Assembly (NCBI RefSeq): GCF_006345805.1 | Contig: NC_043002.1 | Location: forward strand, 25,544,001-25,608,000 | Length of the DNA: 64,000 nucleotides | DNA from: Octopus sinensis | Taxonomy: Eukaryota | Reading direction: 5' to 3' | Shown: positions 36,617 to 51,837 of the stretch, in pieces | How the letters are laid out: every line of letters starts with the position of its first letter | Position numbering within the stretch: position 1 is the first letter of the stretch | Notes under the pieces: generated by a model | The model's database searches: none | Seen by the model: the letters and a program-made list of their open reading frames with translations, nothing else | What the model was told of the DNA's origin: nothing | Made by a program: the position numbers and the translations under genes

Positions 36617-37843
36617 CAGGGGTTGGACAAAATAATGGCAACACCTAGCATCATAGCATCATAATTTTGAAATGTCTATAAAACTGTCAAAAGCTTGTTT
36701 ATTTTTATGTTTTTTTTATATTTATTATTAGTGTTGCTTAATATGTTTTGCTATAATTTCTGTTTCTTTTCAGATATCATCTGAAAAAGGTAATTAAAAT
36801 TCGTTAAAATGACAGAGCTATCGGACTTTCAAAGACGTCAAATTGTTGGTGCTCGTGTGGCAGGGGCTAGCGTAACGAAAACAGCCGAAATGTTTGGTGT
36901 ATCAAGAAGTACTGTCTCGAAAGTAATGGCAGCCTTTGAGAAAGAGGGAAAAACCTCCTCGTCGAAACAAAAATTCCGGTAGAAAACCAAAACTCAGATA
37001 AGGAATTGTTAGGATCACAAAAGTACAGCTCCCAAAACTACTGCAGAGCTTAATGCCCACCTCGAGAACCCAGTTTCCACAAAAACTGTTCGCCGGGAGA
37101 TGCACAAAGCCGGATTTCACGGGAGGGTCGCAATCAGAAAACCACTACTTTCAAAAACAAAGGTTGCAAAGCGTTTCGAGTGGAGTAAAAACCTACAGAA
37201 CTGGTCCCTAGAGCAGTGAAAAAATGTTATTTTCTCGGATGAGTCATCTTTTACCTTTTTTCCGACCACCGGCCGAGTATACAGCTAAAAGAAGCATTTG
37301 ACTCTGACTGCCTTCTTCTAACTGTTAAACATGGAGGAGGATCTGTGATGATCTGGGGGGCCATTTCTTGGAAATCCGCCGGCCCAATGGTTTCCTTTCA
37401 TGGCAGAATTAATAGTCAAGACTCTTAAAGCATTTTATTTGATCAAATTCATCCTACGGTTGCAGAACTGTTTCTGGAGGGAAACGCAATCTTTCAGGAT
37501 GATAACGCACCAATCCACACAGCTAAAGTTGTTACTGAATGGCACGAGGAAAATTCAAGTCTTATATGGCCACCACAGACCCCAGATCTCAATGTTATTG
37601 AACATTTATGGTGCATTTTAGAAAAATAAGTAAGGAGTCGATATCCTCAACCATCATCAATACAAGAACTGGAGACTGTTTTAGTTGAAGAATGGGCAAA
37701 AATTCCTTTGGAAAGAATTCAAACTTTGTACAAGTCCATACCTCGTAGAATTCAAGCTGTAATTACTGTCAAAGGCGGTTCTACACCATATTAAAATGAA
37801 TTTGTTTGAATTTTTAAAGTGTTTCTATTACTTTGTCCAACAC
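36617..37843 (+). mobile_element. Tc1-family DNA transposon, defective
   Basis: TIR caggggttggacaaaataatggcaacac with partial right copy gtgtttctattactttgtccaacac; transposase 36809-37794 MTELSDFQRRQIVGARVAGAS ... VIFSDESSF ... QDDNAPIH ... PDLNVIEHLW ... GGSTPY*, with stops and frameshifts. Confidence 0.92.
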
Positions 37844-38217
37844 ATTGGAGATTGGCATTCAATGAATAAAGGGTGGAGGAAATTAGATATAGGGACAACG
37901 TCATATACAACGGGCTTCCGCATAGTCTCCATTTACTAAACTTTACTCACCAGGTGTTTGTAAAGTGGGCATCTTTTTCTTTTCTCTTCTTTTTTTTTGA
38001 AGACGGGTATATGTGTGATTTTAGGAAGGTTTAGCAGGTTTGATGTACCAGAACTAATCTATGACCAATCAATAGCAGTAACTAACTTTAAAAACGGGTT
38101 ACTGTGGCAGTCCGTGCGCGATTGTTCCACTTGAGAAAATTATCATCATCATCATCATTGACATGTCAATTGACTCTAGCTACTGACATTTTCCATATGG
38201 AAACTCCTACTTTTCCA

Positions 38218-38650
<433 letters not shown>

Positions 38651-39559
38651 GTTGGTCACTCCCGTCGGTTTCGACGTAAGAGTGTTTGAAGGAGAGGACT
38701 TACGTAAAACAGTGTCCATGATGTTGGAGACTGTATTATATATGTAAGTATGTGCATATATATGTGCGTTTTTGTGTGCGTACGTACACATGTAAGTATG
38801 TAATTTCAATACAGAGCAAATAATTCAAGAGAAAATACTTGTGAAGATATTGACTTTATTATTATCTAATCCTTGAACTATTTAATGCTTTTTTGGGGCC
38901 TGCAATCGCCTATTTTATTGATTCTGTTATTATGATTTCTAATTGTTACACTAGATAATAATAGAGTCAATGATATCTTCGCAAATATTTTCTCCTGAAT
39001 TATTTGCTCCGTTTTGAAATTATTTTCACTCAAGTGGCTGCCATGATTCGGCACAAAACGAATGAGTTGCAGCGCAGACTTCAACGTGACGGGTTGGGGC
39101 TCTCCACCATGGTAACGTGTGCTGAGGAAGGTGAGGCTATAATGCCACTCCAGAAAGCGGTCTACGCGAGTGCAAATACTTGAATGTATGCTGAGAGATT
39201 GTCTTAGCCCGTTTGCATTCAGACGGCTGATTTCTGTAGTTATTATCAGTGTATTTTGGATATTTAAATAAGAGTTTTGTCTGTTATTTCCAGCAGGCAG
39301 GCATACTTAGTATGTCCTTTGATTAATTTTAATTCTCCAGCTATGTAAGTATGTACATATGCTATCCAATATCCTTTCATACGTTAGAAAAACAGGCACT
39401 TGTATATTAGGTAACAGAGTGGGTATATTATATATAAATATTGTAAGTTTAGTCTCACAGCGGCCAATTCATGTTATCGAACGTTTTCATGTTAAAAAAC
39501 ACTTGCTGCGTTGAAAGAATTTAACAGTCTTTTGTCATGGCTGATCGAAAGTGTATAGT

Positions 39560-40270
39560 TTGAGCTCTAATGTACTAGACGTCTGGAAGTAGGTAGGAAA
39601 TTTCTCTGAACTCATTTTGTCCTACATAATGAAGATGCCCTGGTATTAACGGTGCCTCCTCCAACAAGCTCAGGAAGCATCTAATCCATATCCGTAACTC
39701 CCGCAGGCTCAAAATTACTAGAGACACAAACTCGAAAATAGCTAATGTCCTAGATGTAACAGTGAACCTAAACACAAATTCTTGAAATCCTTCCAGAAAC
39801 CAAACGAGAAGCAGGTACAGCTTCCAGCCATTTCAAAAACCTAGTGAGGGGGTGTTTGCAGCAGGATCTCCAACTTATTTCCAAATAAGGGAATCTTCTA
39901 CGTGGTGGCCCCATACTATAACGAGGCCCTTAGCGGCCAGTGGATTCAAAGATGGAATTAATTATATGTCCTATCCTAGCCTTTCTAAGAGCAAACGACT
40001 CCGTAAGATTATGTTTCTCTTTAATGTGACAACTTGTGTAGGTAGGATTATCCTTAAATTAGTAGATAAGCATTTTCCGCAGACACAGAACTACAGGAAA
40101 ATATTCAATATGCAAACCTTGGTAGTTTCATATACTTGTAAATCTAAAAGAAAGTAAATTTTAGTAAATAGGCAAAACACAGAGATAGGATGCTCTTTCA
40201 GAAGTAACGCCACATGCTCGCTAAATGGTCAATGCAGTACAGAGACATTTGTATTTTTTTTCTCGGGAGA
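39560..40270 (+). mobile_element. Penelope-like element fragment
   Basis: LKIT...KIANVLDVTVNL, LVDKHFP...KIFN..T..VSYTC, then C-x-x-R...C-x-LNGQC, matching PLE RT thumb/linker motifs. Confidence 0.7.
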
Positions 40271-40415
40271 GCAACATTAAGAAAGACGCATGTAATTGAT
40301 TTCTTCGCTTAAGCTACATTTTATAAGAGCTGAAACTTACGTAAAAACGTAAAAAAGTTCTTATTTATACTGTACACACTTGTATTAAACACCATTTTCA
40401 TTTGTCACCGTAGCA

Positions 40416-40447
<32 letters not shown>

Positions 40448-40466
40448 ACACACACACACACACACA

Positions 40467-41726
40467 CGAGGCGGTATCCAAAAGAAACTGGAATTTTGCA
40501 ATATTATCTTAGTCACTTAGTTTTACATGTTTACACTTTTATCGCCTTCAAAGTAGTCTCCATTTGAAGCAATGCATCGGCCCAGGCGCGTTTTCCACTG
40601 TTCGAAGAAGTGCTGGGACTCTTGCGAAATGATGTCTTTTAACGCCTCCGTCCACATCTTCACTTCGTCCACATCTGCAAAACGTTTTCTTTTAAGGACA
40701 ATTTTCATTCGGGGAAACAAAAAATGTCACAGGGAGCAAGATCGGGCATATAGGGAAGGTGTGTAAGCGGGGTCGTGCGATTTTTAGTCAAAAACTGTCT
40801 CACACTCAAGGCGGTGTGCACAAGTGCATTGCCGTGATGAAACTATCTCTCTACACTTTGTCACAGATCGGGGCGTTTTTGTTTCACCGAGTTTCGTAAA
40901 TGCCAAGTAAAATTTCTGGTTAACAGTTTGACTAGGAAGAACAAATTCTGTGTGGACAATTCCTTTCACATCGATGAAACAGACTAGTATCGTCTTGACA
41001 CTGGACTTCACTTGACGCGCTTTTTTGGGGCGTGATGACATTAAATGCTTCCATTGATTTGATTGCTGCTTCGTTCCCGGGTCGTAGCACCACCTTTCGT
41101 CACCAACTTCCAACTGTTCTTTCAGTTCACGACACGCATTCAGTCGTGACTGCTTTTGATCGTCCTTGAGCAAGCGGGGCATAAATTTTGTTGCAACTCT
41201 TTTCATTTGCAATTACTCGCTCAAAATTCGTCTGAAGGAGCCCCAGAACACACCAGTCATATCAACAAGTTCGTCAATTGTTCGGCGACGATCCTCCAAG
41301 ATCAGCTCATGAATTTTCGTGATGTTTTCATTCATTCGGGAGGTTGGCGGCGGCTCTGAAAGAGGTTGGTCTTCAAGCGACAAGTGATCATTCCTAAAGT
41401 GTGAAAAACCACTCGGTAAACTTGTGTTTTGCTCATGGCAGCATTCTTGTAATCTGTTTGAAACATGGCAACTGTTTCAGTCACCCTGTTACCCAGCAGA
41501 AAACAGAATTTCACGGAAGCACGCTGTTCCTTCGTTTCAGCCATCGCAAAAATCAACGAACTGGGTAGAAGCACTGCACCATGTGACCGTACAACCCCAC
41601 AGGAAGACGTCAGTCGGCAGACTGATGACTGAGGGTTGCATCAAGTGACTTCTAGCGGCGGAAGTCCGAACTACAACGGGCTTGTCCTACAGAGAACGTT
41701 TCCGGTTACTTTTGGGTACCCCCTCA
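40467..41726 (-). mobile_element. mariner DNA transposon, defective
   Basis: TIRs cgaggcggtatccaaaagaaactgga / tccggttacttttgggtaccccctc; transposase 41544-40523 MAETKEQRASVKFCFLLG ... YDPGTKQQS ... PDLAPCDIFLFP ... NGDYFEGD. Confidence 0.92.
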
Positions 41727-42204
41727 CACACACACACACACACACACATACGCACACATGTATACATATATATACAGTGGCTAACTGGAACAGCTTGCCA
41801 GCTTGCCCGATGGCAAGTGGGACCCTGCACCATTATAATCCATGTTAGAATCTAAGGGGCCCATCCCCTCAAGTTTGAGAATTTTTTATTCACTCCTGGA
41901 AGGATGCATTACTTATTTCAGCCTGGCTGTGTTTGTAGACAGTTGGAAAGAATACTTTTAACAAAAAAACAAAACAAAAAAAACAAACAAACAAAATTGA
42001 TAACATTGTAGTTGCGGGTGGGCCACCTTAGTCTCCTAGCAACCAATGTTTTTACACAAAGCCCGCCACTGTATATATATGTGTATACATGCATATATAT
42101 ATGTGTTTGTGTGCAGTGTTTGTGTGCAGTGTTTGTGTGTGCGTGTGTGTGTGCGTGTGTATGTGTGCAAGTATGTATGTGTGTGAGTGTGTGTGTGTGT
42201 GTGT

Positions 42205-42410
42205 TTGTATATGATTTTGTTCCCTATCACCGATTGACAACCGGTGCTGGTTTGTTTACGTTTCCATAATTTAGCAGTTTAGCAAAAGAGACCGATGGAT
42301 TAAATACCTAGCTCAAAAAAAGTAAGTACAGGAGTCGATTTTCTCGACTAAACCCTTGAAACCGGTGTCCCAGTCCAATGACTGAAACAAGAAGATAAAA
42401 GAGAAAAGAT
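42205..42410 (+). mobile_element. SINE family A, 3' half
   Basis: gagaccgat...aagtacaggagtcgat...gactgaaacaaga after a TG repeat. Confidence 0.75.
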
Positions 42411-42470
42411 GACGGAGCTCGTAAATTCAGTGGATAGATTTTTATAGTGCTTAAACGTAAATTCAATATA

Positions 42471-42473
<3 letters not shown>

Positions 42474-42560
<87 letters not shown>
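42474..42560. repeat. (GA)n microsatellite
   Basis: Directly visible. Confidence 0.95.
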
Positions 42561-42564
<4 letters not shown>

Positions 42565-43419
42565 AAAGAAAAAGAGAGAAGAACGAGATATCTAGATATG
42601 GTATTTACCTAAAATCTTGTAAATTCTTCGGACAAGATTATTACTGTATTGTATAACTTGATGGTTTGAGTGCAAAGGTAGGAGTTTGTGCAGTGAAGTT
42701 TTGTACCGCTTACCCAGTCGTGGGTAGTTTCCTTTACCTGGGTGTCCTGAATAATACAGCGGATTACCATTGTGGAATAACAGCAGTAGCAGCAACGTGG
42801 TAATGAAGCAGATACGAAAATGTTCTGGAAGAGAAACAGAAATTTTTAATGAAATTAATATATATATATATATAAATGAAAGAAGGTTTGAAAATGCAAT
42901 TTTAAAAATGTTTATTCACTTGACCGGTTTCCCTTTTTTTTTAGAAAAAGCTTGTCAAAAGTAAAATGTAAAGCTTTGTATGAGCTTTGTTGTGTTAAGT
43001 ACTGGTCGTCGCAAAAGTATTAAAATACATATATACATTCTTTGATAATAATAAGAAAATGTTAAAAACAGTTTACAAGAAGGTAGTTAAGAAAGTAATC
43101 AGAATGGGACTCTATAAAGCATTTTGAGTTCAATAAAAATCATGTTTGTTTGGTAGTATATATATATATATATACAGAAGGAGATATATTTAAGAATTTA
43201 CAAAAAATTGTAGAGGAATAACTGACCTGTCTTTCTGACATTTCTTCTTGTGTGTAGCTAAGGAATGTTTTTTTATTTTAAGGGACAGTGTGGGTAGTTG
43301 GTTGGGTGGGGTGGGGGGAAGGAGGAAGAGCAATGTAGAATCAGACGATTTTTTTGTTTCTGGGCTAATCTGTAATGGTTCAGTGGCTTTTGGGACTGGT
43401 CTTAGAGGTAAGACCATAT

Positions 43420-43494
<75 letters not shown>

Positions 43495-43676
43495 ATGCAT
43501 ATATGTGTATAGGACATCACAAACCGTAAACAACATGAAATACGAAAGCAAAAGAGTCGAATTCATAAACAGCGAGAGAAACAAATGGGAAACAGGACAA
43601 GTAAACTAAAGAACGGCACTTCATCAGTTGTCGGTTGGCCGTGTGTGAGTGTGAGTGTGAGTGTGTGTGTGTGTGT

Positions 43677-43704
<28 letters not shown>

Positions 43705-43711
<7 letters not shown>

Positions 43712-43920
43712 ATGCTTGTTCTCCAACATCGCATGACAACCAGTGCAGGTGTGTTTACGCTCCACTAACTTAGAGAGGTTCGACAGCGAAACCGATAGAA
43801 TAAGTTCCAGGCTTTAAAATAAATAAACGTGCTGGGATCGATCCATTCGACTAAAAGATCCTCCGAGCCGGTGCCTCAGCACGACTGCAGTCTAATGACT
43901 GACACAAATTAAAATAAAAG
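43705..43920 (+). mobile_element. SINE family A, 3' half
   Basis: accgatagaataag...cgactaaaag...tctaatgactgacac after a TG repeat. Confidence 0.7.
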
Positions 43921-44195
43921 ATATCAACAAAGGAAACGAAGTTTTGTTCGTTGTTGCTCTTTTAATAGTAGTTGTGTTCAGTGGCGGCTGTAAGTGTTTC
44001 CGGTGTAGGTTCAGATTGAAAATATTTAGTGTTCTTTGACTATTAATATTCTAATAACTCTTTAATAGTTTTATTCAGATTTGATGAGTGATAGAGACAT
44101 CGTTCAACAGAATGCAAGATGTTTGGTTTCTGGAATTTTGGGTGACTACAAATGCCTTGGTTATGGCATTATACATACATACATACATACATACA

Positions 44196-44231
<36 letters not shown>

Positions 44232-44234
44232 TGT

Positions 44235-44330
<96 letters not shown>

Positions 44331-44360
44331 TGTATGTATGTATGTATGTATGTATGTATG

Positions 44361-44392
<32 letters not shown>

Positions 44393-44419
44393 CGTGTGTG
44401 TGTGGTGTGTGTGTGTGTG

Positions 44420-44722
44420 AAGGTGCGTGGCTCAGTGGTTAGAGCGTCGGGCTCACAATCATGAGGCAGTGAATTCGATTCCAGTACCGGCTTGTGTGTT
44501 GTGTTCTTGAACAAGACACTTTATTTCACGTTGCTCCAGTTAACTCAGCTGTAGAAATGAGTTGCGACGTCACTGGAGCCAAGCTGTATCGACCTTTGCC
44601 TTTCCTTTCTATAACATCGGTAGCGTGGAGAGGGGAGGCTGGTATGCATGGGCGACTGCTGCTCTTCCATAAACAACCTTGCCCGGACTGTACCTCGGGG
44701 CAGGTGGGGGGAACTTTCTAGG
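44420..44722 (+). mobile_element. tRNA-headed SINE
   Basis: A-box tggctcagtggt and B-box-like gaattcgattcc, followed by a SINE body (aagacactttatttcacgttgctccag); no complete cloverleaf. Confidence 0.75.
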
Positions 44723-44769
44723 TGTTACCCTTTATATATACATATATTTTTTTCTGATATTTTTAGCTC

Positions 44770-45690
44770 TGGAGTAATACTTTTAGATCTTCAAAATCTC
44801 CCTCGTCTGGTTGACTTTGTAAATTATCGAACATTTTAAATGTAATATTTTTATTAAGATCAGTTCCTGGTACGTATCCTCTTCCTTGCAGCAGTAATCA
44901 GTCAAAATTATCTCATTTTTTTAGTTATTTGAATTTCGAAAAATAGAAATTTTTTCATTCATTTCCATCTTGAGTTTAATCGATTCATGAATGTTGTTAA
45001 TACATTTTTGAAATCATGTAAGATTTTTCATATTTCTATTCCAAATATATAAAACATAGATCAAAAAGTATTTTCAAGAGTATTTTAAATAAGCTTTGAA
45101 ACTCTGGTAACAAATAACCTCTACTAAAGATTGCCTTCTAAAAGCCACATTCTAGCGTTGCATAAGTGGGTGCGATTTTTATGCTCATAACCACCCTTTT
45201 TATTTGAAATATAACTTGGTTCTCTTCTATTGATATTGTTTGTAAATTGTTTACAGAAGAATTATCGTTAGTTGTAGTTGAGTTTGTTTTGGTATAATTT
45301 ATCGAATTTCTGTTCGATTTTGATTACATCTACATTTTAGTTTGTCGCTTCTTGACTACTTTGTAGGCGTTATGGTTCTTTCTGTTGTTACCAAATTGTG
45401 TATTTTCCTAGAGAGATTTTTGCATTATAGTTTTAATATTTGCTAATTCTTTTACGTATTTGGTTTCATAATTCTGCAGCTATTTTATATTATTTTACTT
45501 CTTGTCTTTGTACATCTTTCCCCTGTAGACCTAATAATATTTCTTCGAGTCTTTCTATTTGTACGTCTAGAAATTTCTTCCTGTATAACAGAATCACATT
45601 TTTCGGATTTGCTTTTGAATTTAGGAACTCGGAGTTGGAATAGAGCGATTTCCTTTACAAATTTCGGAAGTGGCGGTTTATTCTGATTTC
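44770..45690 (-). mobile_element. Highly decayed Penelope-like RT fragment
   Basis: Minus strand FQIKRVVMSIKIAPTYATL resembles the PLE Q..GxAMGxxxAPxYAxL motif; the rest is heavily disrupted. Confidence 0.45.
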
Positions 45691-47165
45691 AGTTTCTTTC
45701 TTTAGTTTTTAATGTAATATACTGGGCATTGAATCAAAGAAGTATGAAAACGATTCTTTACTATTTTGTCAGGGAGGGTAAATAGCGCTGACGAGCCTTT
45801 ATTTTTTCAGGCCTCCAAGACTAGTGGGAAGAAGACAGGAAGATATCATCATACTGGAAATCGAGTCAAATTCTTGCAACAAAAGTAAATTCACTGAACG
45901 CGCCCAAGGGCCAGGCGGTGTTGTTAAACAGAGCGAATTTAAGATTAAGTCTGCTCCACCAAATTCTCGGAACAGAAAAGGCCAGAACAAATACTGCAGA
46001 TACTGTTCAACTCTTTAACATTCTGCCAAACCGCCTTGGAGTGATGCTTTATTTTATTGGCCCTCGGATGAATGAAAGGCAAAGTTAATCTCAGCAAGAT
46101 TTGAACTCAGAGCGCAGAGATCTAGAACAAAGATCCGCAAAGCTCTTTGTTAATTCGAATTCCTGATAAAACATAATTATGGATTTATATATTTATCATA
46201 TATGTAATTAGAGGAAGCGAGTAGAGATAAATGAGAAAATGAAAGGAGATAAACCTTATAGTATAAAGAAAACCTATATAATTGATTGTTTATATAACGG
46301 GTTGTTTATAAAATGGTGGTTAATAAGTGAAAGAAGAAAGAAGTGAGGCAACTAATAGAAAAAGAATTCAGAAAAGGGAAGGTGCAAACGAAAAAAAGAG
46401 AAAAGACAACATGCTTTAGAACAGTATATAGGGAAGCTGTGTGAATGATATTTGTAAAATATTGAATGTTGTGGTATAAGTTATTTATAAAAAGATCGAG
46501 TTTAACAACTGAAATGCAATAGATAGGGTTTTTAATCTTTATAGAATACATGTAATTAATTAACGGAAAGGTGATGACGTATTGTAATTCTTCAGCAAAA
46601 ATGAAACTCTTTGTTTACATAATGAGATAAGCTCGAGATTTCCATTGAGTATATTTTTACCGTGATAGAATAAGATTACACATATCTGTAAATTATACAA
46701 GTTCTCTCTAAAACAAAAGATATTATGCAATGAAACAGTTTTCCTTAGATTTCTTTTATCGCCATCAACTTTCCATTCATATTTATATCTTGTAAAATTT
46801 CTATAGTTTTTCCTTCTTTCCTATCTCCTCTCTTTTCTTTCACTATTTTCCATTTTCTTCGCGTAATTAGCTTTTTTTCTATCATTTACTCGTCTACATT
46901 TCTGTATATAACTGATGTATAAAACGACATTTCTATACGTTTACAACAACCAATAAAATCAAATACTTTTACTTTCAAATACTTAGTGACCTTTAAATGG
47001 CACTTAACTCAATTACGCCTTGCTTAATTACTAATACCTGATAAACTTATCGATGAAACTTAAATGTTGTGTTAGTAAAGTTTCACTTTCTGTTAAATAT
47101 ATTCTACGCTTCGTATTGAAATGTTTTTCTCGAGATTGCATGTAGTAAAGTTTATTCATTACTTT

Positions 47166-47375
<210 letters not shown>

Positions 47376-47464
47376 GCATGACTGTCTATAGCACATATAT
47401 ATTATATACGAATACATACATACATATATGTATATATGTGCGTGTGTGTGTGTGTGTGTGTGTT

Positions 47465-47496
<32 letters not shown>

Positions 47497-48616
47497 AATA
47501 TATAAGTATGTATTTATCTATGTATCTACATATATAAACCAGTTTACTTTCATACCTATATCACACGAGTGAGTGACAAACGTCTCTTGCACGAAGTCAT
47601 CGAGTTTGAGGAATGTATTCGGTTTACTAACATAGAATTACAACTGACTCTACACACTTCGAAAACAAGTGTGTATTAACTATTTCTCCAAAACACAAAC
47701 AAATATAAATAGTGTATACATACACAATAAAACTATAAGGCGCAACACAGAACTAAATTACTCCTACATTTTTGTTAAATTGCATATAATTTTAGCTTTT
47801 TAATTTCTACACTAACTACAAATGAAAACAATTATTCAATCTTAAAGGTAGGAAGTTTCGCCATTAACACGAGAAACTTTATTACTCATAAATACCCAAT
47901 TCAACTGATTCCAACTGTACAAGCAGAAATATTGACTTCATTATCACGTGGAATGTTATTGAAAAAGTCGCAACTATATGAAAATGGGAATAGAAGATGT
48001 GATCTATGTTCTGCTGAAAAATCGTCATTTTTATGACTTTCAGAATTCCACAAATTTCTTAATCAAAATTCGAAACTTGTGAAATGCCGGGACTTTGCTT
48101 AATATTTGTTGAAATATTGGAATTCTTTTATCATACACCAGACAAAACTTTCCCCACAAATATTGCATAAAGCCGAACGGAGTTTACTTTTCCATTCTGA
48201 ACCATCGATATATTTGAATATATTATTTGATGTATGTCCGTGTACTACACATGTATGTGTGAAACATATATGTGTTCCTATGTAAACATAGTCTTTTAAC
48301 AAATAATAATGAACTCACTCCAACATTTCGTGCTCTCTTTTTGCAATATGCTTTTCAGTTTATAATTTTATTTCCTCATCTAATTTCATCTTACTTAATG
48401 TTTTATTGTTCATATTCAAGTCTTCTGTTTCCATATGTTTCAAAGGAAACAAAACTTATTTTCACCCCTTAAGACATATGTTCCCCACAACATTCATATC
48501 CCAGCATGCAAAATACAAGAAGTCACGATATATTTGAATATTCTAGCTCGAGTTAGTTCAGTATTATAGTCTAACGTACGCTGAATTAATTGTTTAATTA
48601 GACAGGAATCTCAGAG

Positions 48617-48850
48617 TATGTATGTATGTATGTATGTATGTATGTATGTATGTATGTATGTATGTATGTATGTATGTATGTATGTGTGTATGCATGCATG
48701 CATGTATGTATGTATGTATGTATGTATGTATGTATGTATGTATGTATGTATGCATGCACGCACGCATGCACGCATGCACGCACGCACGCACGCACGCATG
48801 CACGCACACTCGCATGCACGCACGCATGCACGCAAACACACACGCACAAA
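48617..48850. repeat. (TATG)n grading into (GCAC)n microsatellite
   Basis: Directly visible. Confidence 0.95.
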
Positions 48851-49269
48851 TATATACATGTGTATATATATGTATATGATTTATTATTCTGTTAAGGTAA
48901 GATGAACAAAAAAAGTACTACATCCAGTGAAAGACAAATATCATTTAATGTGCACAGTATAAGATAAGAGTTACTTATTGTTTCTTGATTGGAGACGCAG
49001 GTCTAGGCAGTTTTTATAACATGCTTTGTGACCCCAAGCAATCCCAGGGCTCTGAGCACACGGTCTATTCAATTTGCAAGTCAGGACGTTGGTATAAGAG
49101 AAATCACGAGAAAGAAACGAGAAGGTAGATACAAAAAGTAGAGGGATGAATAAAAACGGAAAAAAAGAAAGGAAATTAGAGTTATGTCCCATATGACCAT
49201 AAAGCCATAGTTAAGCTAGTCGTTGTAGAATAGTTGAACGGAGAAGAGTCCAAATCCGGAGAGGGTGGT

Positions 49270-50170
49270 GTCCTGAAAAGCATTATTGCAAAATTTGTCC
49301 ATATGTTCGCATTTTCTGAAAATTTCGGGCCTGGAATTGAATAATGCGGTGAAATTCGTTTATGTAAAAAGAATATGCGATCTTTCAGCTACGCACAAGC
49401 TGTATTCCTGTGATCCATTCACATATGGCATGGATTTCTCTACGATTCTCCACTTGATTGCGTGTTGTGTGCTGTTGGTCTCGAAACTCCATACATGACT
49501 AACCAACTTAGCGGCTTTACTTTTGTCGGTGGGTTTGCATAACGCCTTTTGAAATCGTCTTCTCCTAACCCGATGTAATTTTTCTTTTCAGCTAGATTAT
49601 CTTGTTGTTACTTCTGCCTTGTATACAACGGAGTTTATCATACACGTCAGGTAAAAGTGGGCAAGCTTCAGGGTCACGACAGTTAAAAGTGCGAGCGGAT
49701 TCTTGGTGATGTTTATGAGTGAAAATGTTCATCATATTGGCTCAGCAGCTGTATGGTACTTTAACAGGGCATCTATTAAAAAATCTTCCTGTATTTGTGG
49801 ATTACTGGGAAATGCTTATCTAAAGAGACAGGAATTTCTTGCCCTTGTTATTTTTAACATTTAAGGAGAAAGTGGGGCGAATGATATTATTTGCTTGGTT
49901 CTATTTTTAGGTCTATTTCAATGATTCATATTTCAAATTGAAGACGCATATTTGAAGATGCTGTTAGATAGGACATTGTTATAGTAGGTAGATTCCTTAC
50001 CAGCTATTCCTTTAAAAGAAGAGAAATTCGATATCCTATAACTAATGTTAGCTAACAGGTTTTTAAGCACTGTAGTAGGGTGACGTCCGTATCTCTATAT
50101 CAGCTCACCTGGATTTCTATTATAGCCACTCTTAACCCTGTGGACTTAGTTCTTGATAAAGATTTCGGAA
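49270..50170 (-). mobile_element. Penelope-like element fragment with GIY-YIG endonuclease
   Basis: DKHFP..KYRKIF, CRDPEACPL, NSVVYKAEV...NYIG...FKRRYAN, IKWRIVEKS, LCVAER, NSRPEIFRKCEH. Confidence 0.8.
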
Positions 50171-50513
50171 TTTAAATTAAAATAATTTCAGCACTATACT
50201 ACGTGATTTCTATATTGAACATGTCTAGCTCTCACATTCTGTGTACACACACACATACATACACATGCTCACACACACATACACACACGCACACACTCAC
50301 ATGCGCATACATGGAAATACACTACATTCTCTCTCGGTCACGCACATATACACATACAAACTTGCATGCATATACATACACTAATAAATATCGACACTTC
50401 TATATACAATGAATATAAGCTACATTTTGTTGCACATGCACAGTCACTCTAACAGTCACTTCCACCCAACATTGTATGTGTGTGTATGAGCGTTTATATA
50501 ATACACACACACG

Positions 50514-50610
<97 letters not shown>

Positions 50611-50664
50611 ATACTGTCACAAACAACTACTACTTCTGTCGCCGCTGTAACTACAATAACAACA

Positions 50665-50697
50665 ACAACTACTACTACTACTACCACCACCACCACC

Positions 50698-50749
<52 letters not shown>

Positions 50750-50770
50750 TGACGATGATGATGACGACAA
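50665..50770. repeat. Compound trinucleotide repeat (CTA/CCA/GAT)
   Basis: Directly visible. Confidence 0.9.
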
Positions 50771-51432
50771 CAGCCGTATTGACGACGACATAACAATCTT
50801 GTGAAAAACTAATTTAATCAATGAATGTTATATGACGACATGAGAAATGTAGAGATAAAGCTTTCGCTAGCATTTTCATGGCTTCTTATCTCTAAACTTT
50901 GAACAGATGTTGAATTATCACCTGTTTCTTCCAAGTATTTTACTGAAACAACCAAATGGTTATAAACAAATTCATTAAAGCGCCAATAGCCTTAATAACA
51001 CACATATATATATATATATTCTTCATATTTGCATAAGGGAACATATTTATTAGGGATACAGACAATGTTGAGTGAGATGATCTAGATCGTAAATGTTTTG
51101 TAATTATTATAATAACATTTGAGGCGGCGAGTTGGCAGAATTGTTAGACCGTCAGAAGAAATGCTCTACGGTATTTCTTCCGACTTATTTTGTTCTGAGT
51201 TCAAATTACGCTCGGTTCGACTTTACCTTTCGAAGTTGAATAAAATAAGTACCAGTCAAGTACTGGGTCAATATAATCGACTTGCTGCTCCCGCTCAGAT
51301 TGTTGTGTCAGTGACCAGATCGTTGACAATTCCTCTGTCAATCAATGGTGATGAAGAAACACAAACATACACACTCAGATTTATGCACAAACATACATAC
51401 ATAGTCACGCATCCACCTACCGCCCCATGGTG

Positions 51433-51519
<87 letters not shown>

Positions 51520-51554
51520 TATATACATATATATATATATAATTCTTTTACATA

Positions 51555-51745
51555 TTTCAGTCATTTGACTGCAGCCATGCTGGAGCATCGCCTTTCAGAC
51601 GAACAAATCGATCCCAGGATTTATTCTTTGTAAACCTAGTACTCATTCGATCGGTTTCTTTTGTCGAACTGTTGGTGAGTTTACGGGTATGTAAACACAC
51701 CAACATCGATTGTCAACCGACGATGGGAGGACAAACATAGACACT
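51555..51745 (-). mobile_element. SINE family A, 3' half
   Basis: tttcagtcatttgactgcagccatgctggagc ... caccaacatcgattgtcaac. Confidence 0.8.
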
Positions 51746-51837
51746 CATATATATATATATGTATATATATGTATATATATATATGTATATATATGTATAT
51801 ATGTGTATATATATGTATATATATGTATATATATATA

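Noticed and set aside
44421-44492. tRNA gene candidate (also at about 3915 and 58495)
   Set aside because: A and B boxes are present, but the acceptor and anticodon stems do not form and the sequence continues into a SINE body.
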